Assembly (NCBI GenBank): GCA_016933055.1
Contig: JAFGBS010000004.1
Coordinates: 330,001 to 362,000, forward strand
DNA: 32,000 bases
Direction: 5' to 3'
Source of the DNA: Promethearchaeota archaeon
GTDB taxonomy: Archaea; Asgardarchaeota; Lokiarchaeia; Sigyniarchaeales; Promethearchaeaceae
The notes beneath the pieces are model-generated. The model saw nothing but the letters and a program-made list of their open reading frames with translations. It had not been told where the DNA came from and made no database searches. How positions within the stretch are numbered: position 1 is the first letter of the stretch; each line of letters opens with the position of its first letter. Positions 1 through 7,854 of this stretch are shown here, piece by piece. A program made the translations under genes and the position numbers.

Positions 1-34
1 TACCAAACTTAACAATACTAGATGATCAAAAACT

Positions 35-208
35 ATGTCTTACGCTCAAGAAGTATGCAATGGATGTGGAAAACAGCTCGCTCCATATGAAAACGCGGTA
101 TCTTTTCCTTGTCCCAATTGCGGAGATATCATGATTTATCGATGCGAACGCTGTCGAGCATTTGCTCGTCCTTATAAGTGTCCCAAATGCACTTTTGAGG
201 CTCCATAA
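35..208 (+). CDS. Small zinc-ribbon protein, DUF1610/HVO_2753 family (57 aa; missing from the ORF track)
   Basis: My translation from ATG35 to TAA206-208 is MSYAQEVCNGCGKQLAPYENAVSFPCPNCGDIMIYRCERCRAFARPYKCPKCTFEAP. It has four CxxC pairs and the F-x-CPNCG...RCxxCR...YxCPxC pattern of this family, which typically precedes ef1b in archaea. Confidence 0.9.
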   Translation: MSYAQEVCNGCGKQLAPYENAVSFPCPNCGDIMIYRCERCRAFARPYKCPKCTFEAP

Positions 209-233
209 ACACTCCCAACCGAGGAACATAAAC

Positions 234-749
234 ATGACAACTAACTTAACTTTTGCACGTAGCCCTGTTAGAGAAATGATGAAGCGAAACGGTGCTCAAC
301 TAGTTGCACAAGATGCAGTAACATTGTTGATCGACCATATTGAACAAGCTGCTAAACAACTAACAAAACAAGCACTTGTATACGCCCAGCATGCAAAGCG
401 AAAAAAAATTACACGGGATGATATTCTCTTAGCTACAAAATATACAATAATTAAACACAAAATGAAAAAAGAACACTATGTGATAGCGGTAGTAAAAGTT
501 CTTCCTGATGATGTGTATGAGAATGCTCACTTGGAGAAATTAGTTGGAGAGCTCAAAAATGTGCTAACACCGTTAAATACTGTTGTCGAAAAGTTTACCA
601 TAGTCCCCATTGCATTTGGGTTGCAAGCTCTTCGTGTTCAAATACGAATTCCAGAAGAAACTGAGGGTGGAACTCAACCTGCGGAAGATGCTATGGAATC
701 CTTAGGATGGGTTCAGCGAGTAGAAGTGGAAATGGTCACACGTTTATAA
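234..749 (+). CDS. Archaeal histone (about 234-446) in frame with translation elongation factor aEF-1beta (462-749); apparent 171-aa fusion
   Basis: GAGG SD at 221-224, ATG at 234. Histone fold FARSPVREMMKRNGAQLVAQDA...HAKRKKITRDDILLA is followed by linker TIIKHK and EF-1beta (VKVLPDD...PIAFGLQAL...QRVEVEMVTRL). There is no in-frame stop between them. The track start at 162 overlaps the zinc-ribbon gene and is probably wrong. Confidence 0.85.
   Translation: MTTNLTFARSPVREMMKRNGAQLVAQDAVTLLIDHIEQAAKQLTKQALVYAQHAKRKKITRDDILLATKYTIIKHKMKKEHYVIAVVKVLPDDVYENAHLEKLVGELKNVLTPLNTVVEKFTIVPIAFGLQALRVQIRIPEETEGGTQPAEDAMESLGWVQRVEVEMVTRL
462..749 (+). CDS. ef1b: aEF-1beta domain, or a separate gene if ATG462 is used
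   Basis: Has the PIAFGL motif, N-terminal VKVLP and C-terminal VQRVEV strand; 95 aa, the size of a standalone aEF-1beta. Confidence 0.85.
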   Translation: MKKEHYVIAVVKVLPDDVYENAHLEKLVGELKNVLTPLNTVVEKFTIVPIAFGLQALRVQIRIPEETEGGTQPAEDAMESLGWVQRVEVEMVTRL

Positions 750-762
750 TTTCCTGTATTTT

Positions 763-2658
763 TTACCTATGAAACTCTTTCTCGAGATATGACCAACTGA
801 AAAATAACATGGTAGGTCGACCATGAGCGCAATGATGGGGATTTTCGCACAGTGATAAGGTTATGAGTAATTTTTTTGCAAATTCCGGATCTGAAATCAT
901 ATCTCCTCCTCTAATGCTCTCATGACACGCAATATATTTAAGGATCTTCTCAACCGATTGACTAAAAGATGTTTGTTTTCCCATTTCAATAATTTCTAAG
1001 CAAATGTCTGTAAGAATAGCTGTATCTTGTACTTCTTTCAAGATGGTAGGAATTGTATGTAAAGTAAAGGTGGTACCTCCTAGATGGTTCACTTCAAATC
1101 CAAACTTTGCAACCTCAGAAATCGTATCGAGCAAGTATTCTTTCATATTTATCGGAACTTCAATAGTAAAGGGAATTATTAAACGCTGTCTATGCATTCC
1201 TCCTTTTAAATACGCCTTCATCTCTTTTTCATAATTGATCCTTTCATCTGCTGCGTGCATATCTAAGATATAAAATCCTTCCTCCCCTTCAAAGACAAAA
1301 TATACATTCTTTAATTGTCCTGATTCGCTTATTAACCGCATCTTCGGAAAAGATTTTGTTTGTATCCATTCATTGCGTAGAAAATAATGGGATTGTTTGG
1401 AAATAAGATTTGGAGCAAAGGTTTGCAACGGAAGAGCTTTAGTTTTATGAGGAGTAGCTATCTGAGCTTCAGAGGACACCCTCTCTTGGGATTGTGACGT
1501 AAATTTAGAACTTGATTGAACTAATGGGCTTTGAGCAGATGTAGATAGATTATTCTTTAGATGATTTTCCGATGGAGATTTTTCTTCAATCCATGTTTCA
1601 ATTGTTTTACTGGAGGAAGAAATAGATTGGTCTAGTTGACTGGTAATTGTAGACTGTCCAAATTTTTGATTGACCACTGAGCGCGTTACCTCGCTTAATG
1701 CACTTAATATCGTTTCTTCTTCTTCGAATCTGACAATTTTCTTGGTGGGATGAATATTGAAATCTACCTTGGAGGGATCTATGGTCAAAAATAGGACATA
1801 AAATGGATGTTTATGGATCATTATATAGCTTTTATAAGCAAATTTCATCGCTTCATGGACGGTGGGAGAAATAACGTACCGGCCATTGATAAACACCGTA
1901 GTATTATGAGATGTGGATTGTGCTAAGGTGGGATCCCCAATATACCCTTCGATGGTGAATAAATTGTGCGATTCTCTAAAAAATACGCTATTTTTTGCGA
2001 AATCTTTACCATAGACATCAAAAATGGCATTAACCGGATCTGATGAGCTAGGAGAAGATAAAATTGGAGTAGAATCCTGCATTAATTTGAAATTAATCTC
2101 CGGATACCCAAGAATATATCGAGATACAATATCTGTGATGTGCCCCATTTCAACACGATCGGATTTCAGGAATTTATATCGTACAGGAGTATTAAAGAAT
2201 AAATCTCTGACCTTGATATTGGTTCCTAAGGCTGCTGCAGTTTGTGTACATGATTTCACGACTCCGCCCACCAATTCAATTTTAATCCCATGTGAGCTCG
2301 AGCGGGTTTTGGTAATCAATTCCGTTTTTGATATTGAACAAATTGAGTAGAGAGCTTCTCCTCTAAATCCAAGTGATTTTAATGTAACTAACTCATCTGC
2401 TGATCGTATTTTATTAGAAGTATGAGGTAAAAAGGCTATTTCAACATCTTCGGGATGAATACCAACTCCATCGTCAATGACCTGGATAAGAGATTTTCCA
2501 AAATTCTGAATATTTATAGTTATTTTCTTTGCTCCCGCATCAATGCTATTTTCAATCAATTCTTTTACTACCGATGCAGGGCGTTCAATAACTTCCCCGG
2601 CAGCAATTTTCTGGTAATCTTGAATCTCCTTAATTCTCCGAAGAGGTGAAGACACCAT
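763..2658 (-). CDS. mutL: DNA mismatch repair protein MutL with C-terminal endonuclease domain
   Basis: Has IAAGEVIERPASVVKELIENSIDAGA, DDGVGI and SLGFRGEAL (GHKL ATPase), plus endonuclease motifs DMHAADERINYE, ACH and CAHGRP. Confidence 0.97.
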   Translation of the reverse strand: MVSSPLRRIKEIQDYQKIAAGEVIERPASVVKELIENSIDAGAKKITINIQNFGKSLIQVIDDGVGIHPEDVEIAFLPHTSNKIRSADELVTLKSLGFRGEALYSICSISKTELITKTRSSSHGIKIELVGGVVKSCTQTAAALGTNIKVRDLFFNTPVRYKFLKSDRVEMGHITDIVSRYILGYPEINFKLMQDSTPILSSPSSSDPVNAIFDVYGKDFAKNSVFFRESHNLFTIEGYIGDPTLAQSTSHNTTVFINGRYVISPTVHEAMKFAYKSYIMIHKHPFYVLFLTIDPSKVDFNIHPTKKIVRFEEEETILSALSEVTRSVVNQKFGQSTITSQLDQSISSSSKTIETWIEEKSPSENHLKNNLSTSAQSPLVQSSSKFTSQSQERVSSEAQIATPHKTKALPLQTFAPNLISKQSHYFLRNEWIQTKSFPKMRLISESGQLKNVYFVFEGEEGFYILDMHAADERINYEKEMKAYLKGGMHRQRLIIPFTIEVPINMKEYLLDTISEVAKFGFEVNHLGGTTFTLHTIPTILKEVQDTAILTDICLEIIEMGKQTSFSQSVEKILKYIACHESIRGGDMISDPEFAKKLLITLSLCENPHHCAHGRPTMLFFSWSYLEKEFHR

Positions 2659-2770
2659 AAGGGGATCTTAAGATTCAATAGTCATTAATATTTTTATTAA
2701 CCGTGTAAGAGTATGCAAACGAAAACTAAAAAGACAAAAATCAATTTTTTTTCCTAGGATTGGTGATACC

Positions 2771-3493
2771 ATGATAACCGCACTTCTGTTTGATATGGGA
2801 AATACCTTAATTGATTTTCATCGAGGTCCTTCGGATGCAGAAAAATACGAAATAGGATTACGTAATATGGAACCTCTTCTAAAAAAATATAATCGCAAAA
2901 TTACCTTTGATGTGTTAAACCAGGAGTTTTTACCCATATTAGAAGAAGTATTCGTTCGTAGACTGTCATTAGACCATGAAATTTCTATCAATGAATACTT
3001 AGATCCTTTTCTAACCAAGCATAATATTAAAATGCGGGATAATCAAAAAATCTCATTGCTGGAGCAATTTTATTCAGGTTTTACTAAATATGTATGGGTA
3101 GATCCCCATATTCCGGAAACTTTTCAACAAATACGTAGGAATGGTATTAAAATAGCAGTAATTTCGAACGCATGGTTACCCAAGGAAGTTTATATACGTA
3201 TTTTTAAGAAATTAGGTCTACATCAATGGATCAATGGCTATTATTTTAGTTATACGGTAGGTGCAAGCAAACCAAATCTGAAGATATTCCAATATGCTCT
3301 TAGCACCTTACGGATACACCCATCTACTACTTGGATGATCGGAGATAACATAGAAAAAGACTTAGAACCAGCAAAGACTTTGGGATTAACTACCGTATGG
3401 TTCAATTCAAAGGGATTTTCACTCCCAAAAGATAAAAAAAATACAGTTGATTATCAAATACGCAACATTCATGATATTCTCACTATCCTATGA
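2771..3493 (+). CDS. HAD-superfamily hydrolase, subfamily IA
   Basis: Motif I LLFDMGNTL, motif II ISN, motif III KP, motif IV IGDNIEKD. Confidence 0.9.
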   Translation: MITALLFDMGNTLIDFHRGPSDAEKYEIGLRNMEPLLKKYNRKITFDVLNQEFLPILEEVFVRRLSLDHEISINEYLDPFLTKHNIKMRDNQKISLLEQFYSGFTKYVWVDPHIPETFQQIRRNGIKIAVISNAWLPKEVYIRIFKKLGLHQWINGYYFSYTVGASKPNLKIFQYALSTLRIHPSTTWMIGDNIEKDLEPAKTLGLTTVWFNSKGFSLPKDKKNTVDYQIRNIHDILTIL

Positions 3494-3614
3494 TGGTGTT
3501 TATTTATTTTTTTTATTAACAAAGATCAGTCTTTCTACCATTTGTTTTGTAGGTATTCTTAATATCCAAAAAGGAAAATGCAAGAAACTACATACTCAAT
3601 TTTTCTTTTACCAT

Positions 3615-3647
3615 TAGGGATTGCTTAGATTCAAGCTAAAATCCCTA
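3615..3647. other. Intergenic inverted repeat / hairpin
   Basis: TAGGGATT-GCTT-agattc-AAGC-taa-AATCCCTA gives an 8-bp outer stem and a 4-bp inner stem with a 3-nt bulge. Confidence 0.45.
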
Positions 3648-3715
3648 GAAATTCGAGAAAATATGGTTTTTAAGGTGCAATGGTTTTAATGTAATTCTAT
3701 TCCTTAACAAAGCAG

Positions 3716-3724
3716 TTATATAAA
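3716..3724 (+). promoter_or_regulatory. Candidate archaeal TATA box for the PLP enzyme gene
   Basis: TTATATAAA lies about 38 nt upstream of ATG3762. Confidence 0.5.
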
Positions 3725-3761
3725 TCGGATACTTACTAATTAAATCACAAGACTGTTAAAC

Positions 3762-4994
3762 ATGACGGAAACAACTCAAGAGCCGCTTAATAATACAGAA
3801 ATGAAGCGGAAGAAAAAGAAAAGCTTTCCAATCTCCTCAAAAGTTAATCTAGCACGATATACTAAGTCAGAAGGTATTTATCCCTATTTCATACCCTTGT
3901 CCACGGCAGTCGGTCCTCGAGTAGTGATGAATAATCGACAAACGATTATGTTGGGGTCTAATAATTATCTTGGTCTGGCAAATCATCCAGAGATGATTAA
4001 AGCTGCAATAAAAGCTATTCAAACATACGGAACTGGTTGTACAGGTTCCCGCTTTCTCAATGGAACTCTAGATTTGCATGTAAAACTCGAGAAAGAACTT
4101 GCAGCATTTATGGGGAAGGAGGGTGCCATTTGTTTTTCAACAGGTATGCAAGCCAATCTCGGAGTCATATCTGGAATCACCAGTAAAAATGATCTAATAA
4201 TTAGTGATGAAAAAAATCACGGGTCCATTATTGATGCATGTCGTTTATCCTATGCAAACACCGTGGTTTACAATCATGACAATATGGAATCCTTGGAACG
4301 GTGTTTAAGAGCAACGCCTAAGTCAAAATCGAAGTGGATTATATCAGATGGGGTCTTTTCTATGGAAGGAAGTCTTGCACAAATTGATGTAATTGTGGAA
4401 TTAGCAGAAAAATATGATGCGCGAGTAATTATTGATGATGCTCATGGGGTGGGACACATGGGTCATCATGGTGAAGGTTCTGTGGGACACTTTAATCTTA
4501 TGGATAAAGTGGATTTAGTTGTCGGGACATTTTCAAAATCATTTGCATCTATAGGAGGATTTGTTGTAGGGGATAGAGAGCTTATCGAACATTTATCCCA
4601 TCATGCGAGATCCCTAATCTTCAGTGCTGCTATCCCGCCTTCTGCAGCAGCAATTGCGTTGAAAGCTCTTGAAATTTTTTATACCGCAGATGATCTACGA
4701 ACTCAATTAAGGAAAAACACGGCTAGGTTCCGAAAGGGCGTAGAAATTTCGGGATTCCACACTATTTCCGGAATAACTCCCGTGGTTCCCATTATCATTG
4801 GTGATGTAATGAAAATGCTTCGATTTAATCGAGATCTCCTCGATGCAGGAGTATATGTAAATCCAGTTGTCCCTCCAGCCGTCCCCAAAGCTACGGTAAG
4901 GACAAGTCTAATGGCGACTCATACCGAAGAGGATTTGGATGAAGCCGTACAGATATTAGAGTATGTTGCAAAAAAGAATCGAATATTAAAATAA
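3762..4994 (+). CDS. PLP-dependent alpha-oxoamine synthase, serine palmitoyltransferase-like
   Basis: Motifs GIYPYF, GSNNYLGL, YGTGCTGSRFLNGTLDLH, DGVFSMEG, DDAHG, PLP-Lys motif GTFSKS and C-terminal VNPVVPPAVP...RTSLMATH. These match bacterial (Bacteroidota-type) SPTs better than BioF or Kbl, which usually have GKA at the PLP lysine. Confidence 0.85.
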   Translation: MTETTQEPLNNTEMKRKKKKSFPISSKVNLARYTKSEGIYPYFIPLSTAVGPRVVMNNRQTIMLGSNNYLGLANHPEMIKAAIKAIQTYGTGCTGSRFLNGTLDLHVKLEKELAAFMGKEGAICFSTGMQANLGVISGITSKNDLIISDEKNHGSIIDACRLSYANTVVYNHDNMESLERCLRATPKSKSKWIISDGVFSMEGSLAQIDVIVELAEKYDARVIIDDAHGVGHMGHHGEGSVGHFNLMDKVDLVVGTFSKSFASIGGFVVGDRELIEHLSHHARSLIFSAAIPPSAAAIALKALEIFYTADDLRTQLRKNTARFRKGVEISGFHTISGITPVVPIIIGDVMKMLRFNRDLLDAGVYVNPVVPPAVPKATVRTSLMATHTEEDLDEAVQILEYVAKKNRILK

Positions 4995-5123
4995 AAAATC
5001 TTTGATTATTCTGGTAACTCCTCAGAAATAAATACAATTCAATATTCTATTTTTTATTAATTGGATAAGCATGGTTCTTAAAAGAAATTTCAGATACTAT
5101 AACCGCACTAAAGGAGAATTCAT

Positions 5124-7853
5124 ATGACTTCCGATTGGAAACAACTCGATCAAAATGAATTACCCGAGATGTTAAAACACTGGTTACAAATCAAACAACA
5201 GTATCCAAACTATATCTTGGCATATCGAGTTGGAGATTTTCTGGAATTTATGTATGATGATGCAAAGAAAGTTTCCAGTAAAATCGGATTGACTCTAACC
5301 AAAAGAGGCTCGGAACCTAATCGATATGCACTTGCTGGTATTCCCTATAAAGCGAAACATCAATTAAAACATTTAATCAAACAAGGTGAAACCGTTGTCA
5401 TTGTGGATCATCTGGAGGATGCAAGTGAAGCAAGAGATCATAAACGACTTGTTAAGCGCGGAGTAACCCAGATTCTTTCTCCTGGGACCGTGATTGATGA
5501 TGAACTTTTAGAAGCAAATACAAACAATTATCTAACCGCAATATGCAAGTTAAAAGATATATTTGGGATTGCGTTTATTGATATTTCCAGTGGAGATTTC
5601 TTTTGTACGGAATTTGCGGGAAATAACGGATTGGATGATTTATACTCATTTATCAGCAGATTTGAACCCGTAGAGGCCATTTTACCCAAAGCTATCATAA
5701 GAAATGCTGAATTTACCACCCAACTACAGGATCTATGTAATTTATCCATCAAGGAATTCGATCATTTTGCTTTTCAATATGACAATGCTTCGAAAGCATT
5801 GTTATCGCATTTCCAAACGCAGTCCTTGGAAGGATTCGGGATTTATGGGACTGATGCAGCCATCTGCTCTGCTGGAGCTCTTTTATCATTCTTGAATGAG
5901 ACACAGAAAACGGTATTACCTAATATTACTAAAATCTCTCCCTATATCCAAAAAGAAATCATGCATTTAGATTCCGCTACACAGCGCAATCTTGAGATTT
6001 TACGTTCATTACGTGATGGTACAACCCATGGAACACTGATTTCAGTCATAAACCGTACAAACACTCCCATGGGAAACCGTATGATGAGAAAATTTATTGT
6101 ACAGCCGTTGTTGTCCAAGGAGAAAATTGAAGCACGGTTGGATGTTGTTGAGGTGTTCAAAAAAGATACAATTTTGCGGAACGATGTTCGGGAACTGTTA
6201 TCCCAAATAGGGGATATTGAACGAACCATATCGCGAATCAATTATATCAGAACGGCGAATGCTCGGAACTTAATTAATTTAAAGGATGCTCTGATTGTGT
6301 TACCTTCTATCACCCATATTCTCGGTGGAATTGATTCCAAACCCCTCAAATCTTTAATGAACTTTAATGATTATACTACTCAAATTCAATTAATTGAATC
6401 GGCGATCATCGAGGAACCTCCTACCACTGTTACAGAAGGAAACATCATCCGTCCTGGTTTTGATTCTCGCGTGGATGAACTTCGAACCATTTTGAAAAGC
6501 GGAAAAGAATGGATTGTAACCTATGAAAATAAATTAAAAGAGACTTTAGGAGCTTCCGTGGGAATAAAAATTGGATTTAATCGGATATTGGGATATTATA
6601 TTCAAATAACGGATAATGCAGCAAAATCCATCCAAATCCCCCCTAGCTTCCAAAAACGGGCAACATTGAAAGGTTCGACTCGATATGAGACCCAAGAGCT
6701 CAAAGATATCGAAATCAAAATTCTCAATGCAGAAGAGACCATCCAAGATGTAGAATATGAGTTATTTTGCACTATAAGGGAAGAAATTGCATCCGGAACC
6801 AAACAAATCCAAGAAGATTCTTATAAAATTGCGATGCTTGACATTTTATGTGGGCTAGGGGAGGTAGCGGCAGAGAATAACTACAATCGTCCTCTGATTA
6901 CTACCAATGATAAGATCATAATCGAACAAGGTAGGCATCCCGTTATAGAGCATGTAAACTTTACCGAAGCATTTATTCCGAATAATTGCTACATTGATTG
7001 TGATCAAGAACAAATTTTATTAATTACAGGACCGAACTGGTCCGGAAAATCTACCTATTTACGTCAAGTAGCGTTAATTACCATCTTAGCACAAATTGGG
7101 AGCTTTGTACCTGCAATTTCAGCAGAGATTGGCATAGTGGATCGAGTGTTCACCAGAGTAGGAGCCTCAGATGATCTAGTCCATGGTCAAAGCACTTTTC
7201 TTATGGAGATGAATGAAACCGCTCAGATACTCCATTATGCAACCCAACAAAGTCTAGTAATCATCGATGAATTAGGTAGGGGAACATCCACCAGTGATGG
7301 ACGTGCGATTGCACGGGCGGTTCTAGAAAGATTGCATGGAATGAGAGTGAAAACATTATTTTCTACTCATTTTCATGATCTCACTGAATTGAATCTGGAT
7401 CGAGTAAGTAACTACCATTTTTTAATCCGAGAGGAGGGAAACAATTTGGTGTTCTTGCGCCAATTAACCCCGGGAGGAACTGATAAATCCTATGGGATTC
7501 ATGTAGCTTCGATGGCAGGGATCCCAAAGCCAGTAATTAAACGTTCCTTTGAACTAGTGGAAACCAATTATGCGTGTAAGCAATCAGAGATAGGTGAAAA
7601 TGACAATCATGAGCATCTAACTCCCCTTTCAGAAGATATTCGATCATCGGATGGATCAAACAAACCTAAGAAAAAATCCGTGCAAACTATTCTTTTTCCC
7701 CTTGATCATACTATCATTGCGGAGGGAGATTATGCTGACGTAATTGAGGAACTGGAAAAGATCGATATTGATACTACCACGCCTTTATCAGCACTTGAAA
7801 AATTGTCAACGCTAAAGAAAAAAGTAAAAAAAATTCAAGAGGAGAAATCATAA
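5124..7853 (+). CDS. mutS: DNA mismatch repair protein MutS (MutS1 type, with mismatch-binding domain)
   Basis: AAGGAG SD. Motifs GDFLEF (Phe-x-Glu mismatch motif), TPMG-R, GRHPV, Walker A TGPNWSGKST, STFLMEM, DELGRGTS and SYGIHVA. Confidence 0.97.
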   Translation: MTSDWKQLDQNELPEMLKHWLQIKQQYPNYILAYRVGDFLEFMYDDAKKVSSKIGLTLTKRGSEPNRYALAGIPYKAKHQLKHLIKQGETVVIVDHLEDASEARDHKRLVKRGVTQILSPGTVIDDELLEANTNNYLTAICKLKDIFGIAFIDISSGDFFCTEFAGNNGLDDLYSFISRFEPVEAILPKAIIRNAEFTTQLQDLCNLSIKEFDHFAFQYDNASKALLSHFQTQSLEGFGIYGTDAAICSAGALLSFLNETQKTVLPNITKISPYIQKEIMHLDSATQRNLEILRSLRDGTTHGTLISVINRTNTPMGNRMMRKFIVQPLLSKEKIEARLDVVEVFKKDTILRNDVRELLSQIGDIERTISRINYIRTANARNLINLKDALIVLPSITHILGGIDSKPLKSLMNFNDYTTQIQLIESAIIEEPPTTVTEGNIIRPGFDSRVDELRTILKSGKEWIVTYENKLKETLGASVGIKIGFNRILGYYIQITDNAAKSIQIPPSFQKRATLKGSTRYETQELKDIEIKILNAEETIQDVEYELFCTIREEIASGTKQIQEDSYKIAMLDILCGLGEVAAENNYNRPLITTNDKIIIEQGRHPVIEHVNFTEAFIPNNCYIDCDQEQILLITGPNWSGKSTYLRQVALITILAQIGSFVPAISAEIGIVDRVFTRVGASDDLVHGQSTFLMEMNETAQILHYATQQSLVIIDELGRGTSTSDGRAIARAVLERLHGMRVKTLFSTHFHDLTELNLDRVSNYHFLIREEGNNLVFLRQLTPGGTDKSYGIHVASMAGIPKPVIKRSFELVETNYACKQSEIGENDNHEHLTPLSEDIRSSDGSNKPKKKSVQTILFPLDHTIIAEGDYADVIEELEKIDIDTTTPLSALEKLSTLKKKVKKIQEEKS

Positions 7854-7854
7854 T

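Noticed and set aside
162-233. 24-aa N-terminal extension on the histone in the ORF track, resembling a histone tail
   Set aside because: It starts at a TTG inside the zinc-ribbon gene, an SD points to ATG234, and the extension is not Lys/Arg/Gly-rich like real tails.
1004-2649. Plus-strand ORFs (1004-1234, 2024-2350, 2455-2649) opposite mutL
   Set aside because: Antisense shadows of a well-conserved gene, with no recognisable motifs.
4703-6802. Short opposite-strand or alternate-frame ORFs inside the SPT-like gene and mutS
   Set aside because: Shadow ORFs with no motifs or start signals.
7028-7057. MutS Walker A reads GPNWSGKST (W where M is usual)
   Set aside because: The catalytic GKST is intact; a single variable-position substitution is not enough to claim altered function.
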